Source: Paramecium tetraurelia
Taxonomy: Eukaryota
Direction: 5' to 3'
Assembly: GCA_000165425.1 (NCBI GenBank)
Contig: CT868341.1
Location: forward strand, 186,001 to 250,000
Length of the DNA: 64,000 nucleotides
The notes beneath the pieces are model-generated. The model saw only the letters and a program-made list of their open reading frames with translations, did no database searches and was not told where the DNA came from. The position numbers and the translations under genes were made by a program. Below are positions 16,742 through 30,249 of the stretch, piece after piece. Position 1 is the stretch's first letter. Every line of letters begins with the position of its first letter.

Positions 16742-18898
16742 TCAACCAATAACTAATCTATTAGCTCCTGCTTTCATTTATTACTTTTATCCTTGTTCGT
16801 TTGATATTTGTTAGAACTTAACATTCAATATCTTTTTTAAATCGCTAAAATAATTCATCTATGATATTGTCATTAAAAATTACTTGTCTTAACGAAGGCT
16901 CGTAATTTTCTTTCACAAGTTCTCTTTGCTATTTTAGATTTTTAATGTTCTCTTCTAATTTCAAAATTCTCTATTGCAACATTTCTGCATTAGATTTAAA
17001 TTACGATGATAATTATTTGCCACCTTTGCTGTACTCAATCTAAAATGAATATAAATGTTTCTACTTCATCATTCAATCTTTAAATTTTAATTTCTAAAAT
17101 TTCAGAGTTAAATTTATTAAGTTTAATTTTTCTATCAAAGGCGTAAACTTCATCTCTAAGCTTTTTAACATCAGTAACTAAGGAGCTTTAATCACTTTCG
17201 ACTCCCAACATAATTCTATCAAACTCTTATTTCTTTTTTTTATGTTCTTATTCTAAATCCTACAAATATGACCATATTATTTACAGAGTATTATTGTCTG
17301 ACAGTTTTAATTTCTGCTAATTGCTCTTAAATCAAAGGTCTTTTCAATTAAATTTAGGCTTAGATTTCATTTACAATTTTAGAAATCTCCTCTAAAGTTT
17401 AACCCTTCTATAAATTAATTTATTGATTTTCTTCTGATAACTTTTCTAACCCTTCCTTCTTCTTGCTATAACCAACTATTCCATGAGTTTTCTCTAATTC
17501 TTATTACTACTTAAGTAATTCGGTTTTCTATTTCCTTAAGATCTATTCTGTTCTTTCCAAAGTAGATCTTTCTGCTTATAAAGCCTTTAATTCATCCTTT
17601 AATTTTTGATATTGAAATTTCTTATCCTTCAATTAATTAGCATATTCCTTGAATTCTCCTTTGGTTTTATAATTAGGTCCTCTCTCTTTAGCAATTTAAT
17701 CTTCCTTTTTGAACACTTCCTTCTCTATTAATTACTATTCTTCTTCAACCTTTTTGATATCTTCAACTGCTCTTTCCTTCTTCTTTGCAACCAATTAGGC
17801 CTATTATTTATAGATAGTTAATTTGTCATCTTCAGGTTTAGCTTCTCTCTTCAATTTATCCTCCATTTGATTGACTGCTCTTCTTAAAGCCATCAAAGTA
17901 TTTTCCAAATTATTCAATTCATTCAAAGTAATAGGTGGTTCAGCAAGCAGTCTTTCAATTTGTTCTAATTTCTTTCTTCGCTCCTTTAAATCAAATCCCA
18001 ATCTATCCTTGCTGATTTCTCTATTTCTCTTCACTTCATTTCTCAAGGCCATCAACATTTGCTCTGGTGAATTGTCTGGAGATAATGACTTCTAAGCATC
18101 AATCAATCTTTATTAGGCCTACAAAAGCTATTAATCTGTTTGATCTAATGTCATTCTTTATTACCTGAGTTTATCTTATAATCTGGCCTCCTCTTCTTAT
18201 TCCTTTCTCAACATATTAGTAACATCCAACAATTCGTTGAAATTTGGTTTAGTTAATACTTTACTCTTAAAATTGCTAATTTTATTTAATAATTATTCTC
18301 TCTCTTATTCGAATTAGGTGATATCCTTCTTCAATTCTTCAGGTTACATCGATTATGATTACACTTGCTCAAGTGATTGATGATGCACTTAGAATTGGGC
18401 TTATAAGTCTTTGATTTGATCGACACAGGTCTTGATATCATTGTCCATTTAAAATTCATCTGGCACAAATACTGGTACCAAATACTTGGCGAGATATGCT
18501 CTTTTTTCTAATTCTGGATATCTAGTTAATAAATAATGAAAAATGGGATAGATCACTTTCTTATCCGCAATCAAGACGGATTGGGACCATTTATCATCAA
18601 ATTAGCCTGGGTAATTTAGAATTCTTAAATACTCAGTAATTTTATAGATAATAGTATCTTGATTATCTACTTTAACATCTATAGTCCATCTTGAGTCCAA
18701 ATGTGTAAATATTTTATTTAACAGTTCCAAGAATTCAAATCTAAAATATGTTTTCAATAATAATTACTAATTTTGTTCATCGAAGGACACCAAACTATAA
18801 TTCTCATTAAATCTATTATTTAGGATTCCTACAATCTCTTTAATGTCGTCAGTATTGATAACAGTTTTGACTTATTGTTCTCCTGAATAAGATGCCAT
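16742..18898 (-). CDS. IFT81: Intraflagellar transport protein 81
   Basis: N-terminal CH-like domain (NYSLVSFDE...LRILNYP...KKVIYPIFHYLLTRYPELEKRAYLAKYLVPVFVPDEF) then long coiled coil with DDKLTIYKQQA; ends ANRLVIG*. Confidence 0.93.
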
Positions 18899-18933
18899 TT
18901 TTAATTATATTAATATAATATATATTTAAATTC

Positions 18934-19188
18934 TCATATATTGCATTATTTCTACTCAATTATATGGTTTGTCTAATAGTATAGATTCTAAACAATAGCT
19001 TGTCTTTTGATAACTTCTAATTCTGTTGTGTATTTTTCAAAGACCTTATTTTTAAGATCAGGATTGATCTGTAATTCTCTAAAATCTTATTTTGCTCTCC
19101 TTATGACATATTCTCTGAAATTATAATCCTTGAATTGATTTCCAGCTCTCAGAATCTATTTATATAATTTCAAAACTGATTTATCCAT
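18934..19188 (-). CDS. ISD11: LYR-motif protein ISD11/LYRM4 (Fe-S cluster assembly, Nfs1 partner)
   Basis: MDKSVLKLYKQILRAGNQFKDYNFREYVIRRAKQDFRE...LEVIKRQAIVQNLY, intronless 84 aa. Confidence 0.92.
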
Positions 19189-19216
19189 TTATGTTAGTTC
19201 ACAAATAATAATAATA

Positions 19217-19981
19217 ATGAAATTCGTTTTAATAGTGTTTTTAGCATTTGCATATGCTAAGGTTGGATGTGATACTGATAACAAGGAGAGAGTAAAAGAA
19301 CGGGGGATGTCTAAAAAGAAGGAAGATGAATTATTAGAATTGCATAATGAACATAGAAATGATGTTGCAACAGGAAAGTTAAAAAATTGGTAAGGTAAAT
19401 TTTTGACTGCTTCTAATATGAATTATGTTAAATGGGATAATCAATTGGCTAGATTTGCATAAGATTGTGCAGATAAATGTCCAGCCAATTTTAAAATTGA
19501 TTGTTCATTCCCACCCCATTATGGTTTTGTGACATATTTAGGAGATGTTGAAAATGGAGGTGCTGATTGGACTGCTAAAAGAGTGTTCAAGAAATGGGCT
19601 TAACATGAAGATCATGCAAGATAAATTGAATTGGCTTAAGCTTAATTTTTTGGATGTGGTAGATCATAGGTTAGTAGAAAGAATGGCTCGAGTGATGAAA
19701 TTGTCGTATGTGTTTACAATAGAGTAATATATATAATTATATCCTAGAAACCAAATTTACATGGAGATGTTTATAAGGCTGGAGTTGCAGGACAGGAATG
19801 TTTACATGGTCGTAAAAAAGGATATCTAGGGTTATGCAAACATAGTGCAACTGATATGAGTGTGATAAATTTCAAACATCAAAAGAAGCATGATGAACAT
19901 AAGTATCATAAATAAGAAGAGAAACATCACAAAAATTAAAAGCATCACAAACATAATGAGGCTCATTAAAAAGTTTATTGA
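19217..19981 (+). CDS. Secreted CAP/SCP (antigen 5/PR-1) superfamily protein with His/Lys-rich tail
   Basis: Signal peptide MKFVLIVFLAFAYA; LLELHNEHRNDVATG, ASNMNYVKWDNQLARFAQ, FGCG, IVVCVYN, VYKAG..C; 24-nt intron 19724-19747. Confidence 0.88.
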
Positions 19982-20637
19982 TAAAAATAAATATAATTTT
20001 AACTAATTTTATAAATGCATTTATTTATTAATTAGTACTTATAAGTTTCTTATTAAATATTTTATTTATTCAATTACATTCTTTTAATTTTAATAATATC
20101 AATATCAATTATTCTCCATGTACATTTTAGAAGATTTCAAAAAAATGTATGTCTTTAAATACAAAATTAGGACTCTAAGGATTGGAATGGGATTTCTCAT
20201 TGTTAATCTTCTATTCTTGATCTTAAGCATTTTGTTGATGTTATATTTCTCATTAATTATGATTGTCAGTTTAATATTTGATATTGGGTTGTGCTTGCTC
20301 ATTGGAATTAAAATTGAAGGGAAGAATTTTCTTTCTACTAGGATTTATTGATATCGTCATATAAAAATTAAAAATTATTGGATTTCCATTATAAATTTAT
20401 GGTGACTTGCAATTTTTCAATCATTATACCTTTCCTGTACAAACAAATCCATATTATTGACAAATAACTTAAGTAAATAAGTTTAAAACTGTATAGGAAA
20501 TCCTCAATTAAAAAAAAATGATGGATTAAGTCTCTCCAAAGGGTCCATCTATGTGAAATATATATATTATAATTTATCTTAAGATTTTATAGGCTTCAAA
20601 AGTCATAATTTATTATATAATTGAAATAAATACAATA

Positions 20638-21085
20638 ATGAATATTAAAGAATGTGATACGAAAACTAACTAAAAAGCTATTAAAAGTGCTTTAAAAAAG
20701 GAACTATCTAATGAAGAATAAAGTAATTTATTTACTAAACAATAAAGTGTTTCGTAGATACGATAGAAAAGGTAGAGAAATTACTTTTGGCTCTAAATAT
20801 GAAGTTACAATTGATGAACATGTTCAATTCTTATTAGCGATCCCTCCAGTCTCTACGCCAAGAAACAGGACTAAGTCACCCGTTGGTGTACCAATGAGTG
20901 CAAGATCCCCTAGGAGTAAGTCTCAAATAACAGAATAAGGTGGAAATTCCACTCCTATCGCGATTTCTTAAAAAAAATTAGAATTCACATAAAAAGAAGA
21001 AGAATCTTTAAGAATATTGGAGAAGAAATATTAAAAATAAAAAATGCTTGGTAAATAATAAAAGTAGTGTTGTGTTATATGGTGA
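20638..21085 (+). CDS. Small hypothetical protein with C-terminal CCVIW (putative lipidation motif)
   Basis: MNIKECDTK...RRYDRKGREITFGSKYEVTIDE...KQQKQCCVIW*; one 25-nt intron. Confidence 0.75.
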
Positions 21086-21753
21086 AACAATGCTAATTGA
21101 GTATATATATATTTATACGAAACTAAAAATATGTTGATAAACAAACATTTCAATTTATTTCCATATTTATTGTAAGATAAAAAGCTCAGATTTCTAAGAA
21201 ATTCATACTATATTCATATTGATATTAATCAAATTTGCCTATTTAATTTTGACAATTGGAGGAACAAACAAAAAATAGGAATTCAACAATAATATTGTAA
21301 AGTAAAAAAAAGGAGTTAAACCATTTTGATTGTCGAAAATAAATATGGAATTATATCAAAGAGAATTGTAAATCAACATGATTGCAGTTATTAATGAAAC
21401 ACCTTTGAATACGTTATACAGTAAATAAATAATGCTAATTAAAAGTAGAAACATAATAATGAATTCATAAGCTAAATAGTAAAGAAAACAAATAATGAAT
21501 TATCATTCAATAAGAAATACTTGATACTTTAAAGATCACAAAAATTACTCAATTAATATCAGTGAAAGATGAATATTGTATCCACATCCAATTTATATTA
21601 TATGAATTTTGAGATACTTTCAATTACTATTATATATCATTAAGGTATCCAATCCTTTTTAAATATTTTATCTAAGATTCCTTCGAAAATTCGAAGCTGA
21701 AAGTCTATGTTTTAGAATATTGCAATAAACTTTATAATTAATTATAAATAAAT

Positions 21754-23858
21754 ATGCCTCCAAAAGCTCCCCCTCCAAAAAAATTGACCAAAAAGGAATT
21801 AAAAGAAAAGGCTGAATAAGAAAAGAAGGAAAGAGAGGAATAAGAGAGAATTCGAAAAGAAGCTGAAGAAAAATAAAGATAAGAGGAAGAACGGTTACGC
21901 AAATTAGAAGAAGAGAGATTGGCTGCAGAAGAAAAAGCAAGACTTCAAGAGGAGGAGATAGAGAATGAAGTATAAAGGAGTGTTTTCAAAGAAAATCTGG
22001 ATAATGCAAAGAAAGTAATTATTATAATATATTCCAACATTTTAGGTAGCTAGAGCGAATGATGACTGGGATAAGTTTTTGTTATGTTCAATTAAACCTG
22101 ATATAACATAAGAAGCTTAATTAACAACCTTTATAACTTTGCAAAAGGAACAAAAGATAATAACTGAGCTAAAGGTGGCTGAAGAAATCCAAAAATTATA
22201 ATAAGCAGAAAATATTGAAAGAGATATTCACAGATTTTTGACTCATTTAAAGGCTGAAAGAAAACTCCAATAAAACCAACAATAATTACAGCAGTAACAA
22301 TAGCAATAAGTCTTTTAAAATGACACTGTAGCCAGAAATAAAATGTACATAGCTTAGATTAGAGATATAATGGTCAAAAAACTAGAAGAGATAAATACTT
22401 AAATGGTACTTAATGCTGAACTATTTATTGATGTAAAATAATATATAAATAATAGGAAAAATTTGCTGAATTAACTAAAAAGGCAAACGAAGGAGCAAAG
22501 GGCACATTCAAGTTAGATGATAAAACTAAACAAGAGGTTATCAAGACTTTTCCTCCAACTGAAGACTTTAAATATGGTATATTCATCTATCCATCAAACA
22601 AACCATCCGGTTATAGACATAAACCAAATGAATATCCAGAATTACAATTAGCAGTTGATGTCCCAAGATCAATCTCGGTGTTCCTTCAAAAAATATTATG
22701 GACGTCATTTGATAATTACTCACCTGATCTTTATAGCAAGTTTAGGATTGTTGGAGGAGTTTTGGATATCGAGTATTTACAAATGCTCCCTCCGCCAAAG
22801 AAAGTCAACACTTGGACTTTGAAATAGAACTATGAATTGAAAGAGACTGTTAAAAGATTAGCATTTGAATTAAATGCAGTATTTAAGGTAAACAACTATA
22901 TCATTTTGAGGTATCATATTAACTTCCATCATATATTTGGATTCCAAACAAGGAAACCTAAAAAGTATGGAGAGTTGCATTTTTTGATCGTGTTAGTGAG
23001 TAATGGATTACAGATGGAGTTGAAGATGCTAAATTGGATAAAGGGATTAATATTGTTGCAAGTATTCCAAAATTAGGTCCAATTGGATTGTTATAAGAAA
23101 GATGTTTGGATTACCCATATAAGAATTTTAAATTGAGATGTGTTGGAAATGAAAAAGCAATTTTAGACATATAAGGAGTTAGGGATTTATTTAAATTTGA
23201 GATTGGGCCAGGATATATTCAATTATTGAAGAAAGACCCAGTATTTATAAAGTTATATCCTAGGAATTCTAACACTTTGCCTACAAAAAGCTATTGGTTG
23301 GAGCATTATTTTATGAATTATACAGAAGTGGTGTTAATTTTATTCCTGTTATTGAGGATGCTTAATCAGCCAATATTATTTAAAAGGATGAGGGTGCAGA
23401 AGAGTTGGCCTTAAATGATTTATCAGAAGCAGTTAGAGGATTTTACATTGAATCAAGCAGATGGAATAATAGTGATACTGGTCCATAAATTGTAGTCAAG
23501 CTTAAGGAAAATCCTGAATTTGATGAGGTACTAGTGAAGTTTAATTTATTCTAGGAATTTGCAGAAAATTAAGAAAAAGATTGGAAGACAATAAAGTGGT
23601 GGAATAATAAATGTGCCATAATTCAAGCCAAAGATTCGCATTAAAAATGCAATCAAGCTTTCTTGCCGGACACTGAAACTCATTGCAACTTAGAAGTGTT
23701 ATTGAAAATGCATTCATTAACTACTTAAGAGACTTTAGCAAAAATGAAAGTAATAATATTAAAAGACATCTTAGGACTTGCATTATGTCATTTTTATCGA
23801 AACAATTTAATAGGTACTGAGAATAACGAAATTATTATCATTCACAGTAAGAGATTGA
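21754..23858 (+). CDS. CASC1: Axonemal inner dynein arm I1 intermediate chain IC97/CASC1 (DNAI7)-like
   Basis: MPPKAPPPKKLTKKE + EK-rich helix, WDKFLLCSIKPDITQEAQLTTFI, LLQERCLDYPYKNFKLR, C-terminal LRITKLLSF resemble CASC1/IC97. Confidence 0.8.
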
Positions 23859-25290
23859 ATTCTTATGTCTATATTATAATTAATATTTTGGACTGTCCGT
23901 TTATTATATTGTTAATTCCTAATTCTAGGTGATTTAAGCAATTTAAACTGAAAATTCATTAAAATTCATTTTTTAATTTTTGCAAGTAATCTTTACAGTT
24001 TTTAACTCAGTTCTATTTCATCCTTAATTTATTTTATAGGAGCATTTGGAAATCTAACAAATTTAAAATCTTGACGAAAGTCCTACATTAGTTATTTTTC
24101 TAGCTTTTATTTATGCTTTACAAATTTGACTTATATTTTAACCTCATACACTTTGTTGTTTTCTTGAATCCCAATTTCTTCACTCTCTTATTGAATACTT
24201 CTTTTTGATGTTTAATAATTAATGTTTCTATGAAGGAATGTTAGATTATTGATTTTTTAATTTGAAACCATTCTAACAGAATGTTTTTATTTTTAATAAA
24301 AATCAACACTCTAAAATAGTTTTGGTAATATGTAAGTCTAGTCTTATAATGTAGAGAACCTACGTGATCGAGGAGTGTATTTTTTTTTATTCATAATATT
24401 CGTTATAAAACTATCAAAATATTAAATAAATATTCTTATTCTTATTAATTAGTCTAGAATATTTTATCTATCATTTTTTTACTTATTGAAGAGAGAGAAG
24501 ATAACTTATTTAAGTTAATCCTTCACTTTTATGAGTTTAAGAGAATCTGATCTTTACTGTTTTCACCTTGTATATGTTAAAAATGATTAATAAATTCATA
24601 AATAATGTTGTCTATTATTGTTTTATTTAAGGTGATATGTACGGAGTTATTGATATTATTTAATTAATTATATACTCTAAATACCTATTAATCTTAATTA
24701 ATTTTTAAAAACTAAATTTATTTTACAAATAGCTTTTATCTTGTTTGATCAACAATGACTGTTAATTAGGAAAAGCATCTCTTCATAAATTTAGAAAAAA
24801 AAATGCAGATCTACTCACTTTACTTTTAAGATAAAATCTGATCCGAAAATGATAAGTGGATTTATTTAATATTTCTTATTCATTTACTTTACAAAGTAAA
24901 ATATTTTGTTATTTCATATTTATATTATTCAAATATAAAGCTATTTATAGTTACAAAATGCATAAAAACCTAGGTCGTTTGCGTTCATTTGGGTCTTCTC
25001 TCAAATTTGAATGAAGACTTCAATAACTCTGGCATGAAGGTGCTAATGAAGATTATATTGGGAACTTATAGTAAAAAACAAGTTTATTCGAAACTTTATT
25101 TTAAGAATTTGACACCAAAATAATGCAAGGTTACTTTGGGCTTTCATAACAAATGAAACAATAAATTGTATGACATAAATATAATCTATATAATAAAATT
25201 AAGTAATAAAAGGATTGATTTTAATAAAATTATATTTTGAATAGCAAAATTTGATTTTCTTAAACTTAATGTTTATTAATTTCTGTCTAA

Positions 25291-26700
25291 AATGGAACAA
25301 AGTAATGAGATTGGAATTAAATAGGTCTAAGAGTTTATTAAAAGAAATGTAGTGAGAGAGAATAAGAAATCATGGATCAAGTCAAAAAAGAATTATCTAA
25401 ATATCAAGAATAGTGTGAAAAATATACAACAAAAGCATAAAGATATATAATAGAAATATTAATTAGATCAAGACACTTTTAAAAATTAATTAATAAAAAA
25501 ATTCACCACCCTGAAGATTCTTTTAGATGATGAAAGAAATAGCACAGAATAGATGCTTATTTAAAAATAAAGTTTATTTGATAAGTGTATACAATGGAAG
25601 GGAGAGGAAATAGGTGACTTAAATACACAATTGGAACAATTAAGAAAACATATTAATGAATTGAAAGAAATCTACTAACAAAATAAAGAAAAATTTCATT
25701 AGTTCAAAGTCCTCTCATAGAAGATTATTAAAAAATATATAGATTTAAATGAAAAAGCATAACAAAAAATTTTACAGGTTGAAGTTTCGAAAGTGAATTT
25801 TTCTTCTGAAGAAATTAAACGTACAAACTTACAATGTCGGTCTATTATCGACAGAATAATAAGACAATCAACTACTTCAGGATTAATAGAAAGTTTTAGA
25901 ATCTATAGTATATGAAATTGCATATTATTTAAATAAAGTTTGAATTATAAAGTTAAGGAAATGAAAGAAGAAATACAGGTAATTAGGAAAAATTTGAAAA
26001 AATGAATCTTCACATAAAATTTAAATTTAAAATATCCTAAGAAGAATTGAAAGATTGTTAGAAGGTATTAGAAAATTGGCAAAATAAATTTGATAGATTT
26101 AAAGAAGAAAAGGAAGCTGAAAAGTAAATGCTTGAAGAAAGACTTAGAAAATACCAATAAGAGTTGAGACAAAAGAAAAGTGAAATAGAAAAATTATAAT
26201 AAGAGATTAACGATATTAAATAAAAAAAGAAACATCTTAAAGAAGAATTAGCTTAAAAACAAAAAGAATTGGAAGAAAAACAAATATTTGAATAAAATTG
26301 CAAACAAAAATAGAATAACAAAAACTTAAAGATGATTTAAGCAAATACAAAAATGAATTGAAACAAAAACAAAGTCATATGAAAACACTTAATAAGGATT
26401 TATGTGAATGACAAAAAAAATTGGAAGGAACACAATAAGAAAAGGAAAGCCTTGAATAAAATTTAAGTAAATACCAATAAAAATTGAAGAATCTCAAATT
26501 ATGTTAAAAGGAAAAAGATGATTTTCAATCCTAAACCGAATAATTAAGATAAAAATATGATACTAAAATTAAAGAGTTAAATAATTAATATGAATTCCAT
26601 GATAAAGTAATAAAGTAAATTAAATTCCTAACATGAGTAAGCATAAAATAGAAGAAAAGGAAAATTTGAATCTTAATTTTAGTAACTGGTAGGTCAAATA
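25291..26700 (+). pseudogene. Disrupted coiled-coil protein gene
   Basis: Long E/K/Q-rich coiled-coil reading that switches frame several times (near 25360, 25900, 26310) and has an in-frame TGA at 26409; no convincing introns found at the later shifts; end approximate. Confidence 0.6.
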
Positions 26701-27321
26701 AATGATCTATAAAATCAAAAAATCACTCCAATGTTGAGTAATAAAATGAACTAAAAGATTAGTCAGAAATAATAAATTTGATATTAATTATCCATAAATT
26801 TAAATAATTTCTGCTATAATGTCAAAGCTAGTTTCTAAGTAAATACAATTTTAACAATATTGATTAATTAATTTTGATAGATTGTTAAACTCAATTTAAT
26901 ATAATATAAATAGGCATTATTCATTATCATAAAGGATTGAATTAAAAAATAAAGATAATGTTAAATAAATTTGAATCTCCTAAACATATTATTTATCTAA
27001 TTCTGGCTAAAAATCAACCATATTTTGACTTTGACATTTTCTTAACTTGAGTATTAAAAAGTAGAAAAGTACAAAGTTAAGAAGGAGATTATTTATCAAA
27101 CATCTATTTTTAATTAAATTGTAAAAGAAATTGTTAGAGACCAATACTTAATCGTAATAGATATTTAAAAGAAGACCAAAAAATAATAATAACTTAAAAT
27201 TAAAATTAATGGAATCATTTAACATTTCTTACAATTGACTATTATTACCTCATCATAATTTAAACTATTTTTAACTGCATTTAAGAAACCAATAGATTTG
27301 TTACATATAGGGGACTCATAT

Positions 27322-27389
27322 NNNNNNNNNNNNNNNNNNNNNNNNNNNNNNNNNNNNNNNNNNNNNNNNNNNNNNNNNNNNNNNNNNNN
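27322..27389. other. Assembly gap (68 N)
   Basis: Run of N. Confidence 1.
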
Positions 27390-27954
27390 TAAATAAAATC
27401 ATTCAAAATTTATAAATTCAATATTGGAAAGCTAACTTATAAAAAGGCCTAAATATACTAGGAAAGAATATGAATAATCAAGATATGGAATGGAGACTAA
27501 AAGAAGATTGCTTATGGATAAAGAAAAATGAAATTTGTCAAAGAATTTAAAAGCTATTTACAAATATAATTGAAATTAATTTCCGAGTAATATCTTAAAA
27601 TAATAATTCTATTTTAATATGTTTTACTTTTTTATAGTGTGATAATTGAGAATAAAATGTAAAATTGTTTAAAATTATATATTTCCATATAAATTTTTTA
27701 CTTTAACGGATAATTGAAATAATATATTTTCTTTATGTAGATATTAATTTTTTAGATTTTATTAACCTTGTATTTTTTTAGAATTTATGAAATTTAATCC
27801 AACAGCCCACTGTTTTGGTTATTATCATTTCTACATATTATAATTTGTTCACTTAAAATAGCAAACTGCTGCTTTTAAGGAAATGAATCGTTTGGTTGAA
27901 TTAGTCCTATTCAAATATCTAAAAATATGACATTTTAATTATACATTTAAATAA

Positions 27955-29558
27955 ATGATAAGTCAGAAATAGGAAACCATTTCATTTAACATAGTGAATT
28001 TTCCACTTTCGAAGGAGTTACTCTTGGGGGTAGGAGCTAAGAGTAACTTTATTTGTGATAAACTTAACATTCCCTTACTTTCTCAAAAATAATAAGTTGA
28101 TAAAAGCTAAAGAGCTAATTTCAAATTGTTTACAGATGTAAACTAAAGTTATAGGATGTTGGGAAAGCACCACCACACTCAAAGATTGAAAATCTAAACC
28201 TCTTTGTGTGTTAATGACTAAATGGAAAATAAAGAAATATGGAGAGATAAAGATATGTCAACAAAACGTCGATTGTCATAATAAAACTAAGCACAAAGAA
28301 TATCATTAGAAGGATCAACATCAAAAATCAAGAATGTCCTTAAAGACAGAATGTCCTATCTACCTTTTGATTAAAGTTATTAATAAGACCTTTAAATTAA
28401 GGAAAATCGCGAATATGAGAACAGAAGAGTTAAATCATAGTTTGTTGTTAAAAAAAGTGATCACATCATAATTCCCAGAATCAAACTTTTTAATAATACT
28501 TTAATAGTAAGAAATGAAAAAAATTAAAGTATCTCAAATTAAATTTACAATAAACAAGAAATTATTAATAAATTAAATATACAAAGAATATAAGTTAAAA
28601 GGTTGAGACTTAAGATCATTGCCCTATTAGTAATTGCTATTTGCAAGTTAAGCAAAAAATATAGGTAAATTTAAATTTAAAAAATAGGCTTGTTCTTTTT
28701 AAAAGAAATTAAGAAATGCAACATTTTAGGAAGTTAAAGATGCCTCATTTAAAATTTCTATAATTTTTTGGATAGAGACAGATTAAACAATAATTTTAAA
28801 ATTTTACGGAAAACCTATTTTCTAAAATTACTAGTTTATTGACAAGTGAAAATTATAATAAAGGTCTTATTGAAATCTTAAAGTAAAAAGAAGAAATGAT
28901 TCTTGATTTTTAGTAGTAATAGTTATGTTATTTCATAAAATTACTTCTATAGGATTTAGAATTGATAACAAGAAAAAATGTACTTCCACCTTTTATTAAT
29001 CATTCTTTAAACTTAAGTCTTTTTCGTGGAAAACAAACTTAAACTAGCTAATTTGTATCAAATAGAACTTAATTTTACTCTAAAACAGTTGTTTCTCTTA
29101 ATTCAGAATAACAAGGATTAATTGCTTCAGAATATCTAATTTTTACAATAATATTACCTATTATTTTAGAGATTGCAAATAAATAGGTTTTTACTTAATC
29201 AAATCGCTAAATGAATTTTTCGTTTAGTTTTATTGCTCTTCCCATATTATTAACTGACTTTTTCACAAATCATTTCAAAAATTTACCAAAAATTTAAAAC
29301 CCAAATGTTAAACCTATTTAGCTAATACTAACTGTTCTAGAAGACTAAGAAATCCCATTAAAAACTTAACTAATTACTTCCTCAATATTAGAAAGTGATG
29401 AGGAATTGATGATATCAGGAAATTTTAAAAAATAATTTGTTTATAGTATATTTAACGAAAAACCTAAATACAAATTTTAAATGAATTAACTCTTTTCAAA
29501 AATAATCAAAAACATAGAAACATAAATAGATATTGAAAATGCATAATTTGATCTTTGA
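27955..29558 (+). CDS. Hypothetical protein (about 525 aa)
   Basis: MISQKQETISFNIVNFPLSKELLLG... open to ...AQFDL* after one 23-nt intron near 28665; contains RLKIIALLVIAICKLSKKYR; start uncertain. Confidence 0.7.
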
Positions 29559-30249
29559 TTTTTTATGTCTTTTAAAATTATTGTAATTAAAGAAATAAAT
29601 TATATATTATCATTCAACATTTGGTTAGTTACAACAATGAATGCCTCTTTGTTCTGCCAATTTAAGAGAACTTGTTTTACAATTCATCATTAAGTGTGAA
29701 TAAACCATGTAAACTAATTAAGCATACAGTCTTATAGAAGAAAACTACAAAAATATTAATTATATTTCAAAAACGCCACTAGTAAAAATTATAATTATTA
29801 AAATTAGTTTATATATATATTTTAATTGAAAATTAATTTAGAAAAGTTTGGAAAAAAAATAGGAAATCAATTAGATATCCAATTCAGAAATTTTAATCAA
29901 TTAGAAACAATAACCAGGCGCGACAAGTGATAATATTGAATAAATATGAACATCATTTTTAAGAAGGTTTGAATGTAATAACCTTTCTAGTATCATTACA
30001 GAGTTAATAATAGAGAAAAAGATAAATTATAATTTTTGAAGATATGATAGTCATCATTTTAATCGTTATTATTCTCTTTATTGGTTATATGAAACATAAA
30101 ATTATATTCTTCAATTCTACATTTCTCCATAAGCTTTCCTCACATTTAAAATATAGGTTTTTTAATAATCATTTTTTAATTACTTACTATTAAAAATGGA
30201 TTTCTAGATTATCAGTTGAAAGATGGTTTTTTGTATTTTTTGTATTTTC

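Noticed and set aside
20105..20560. Overlapping ORFs 20118-20351 (+) and 20105-20302 (-)
   Set aside because: Probably shadows of a Gln-rich minus-strand remnant containing an in-frame TGA; no supportable gene model.
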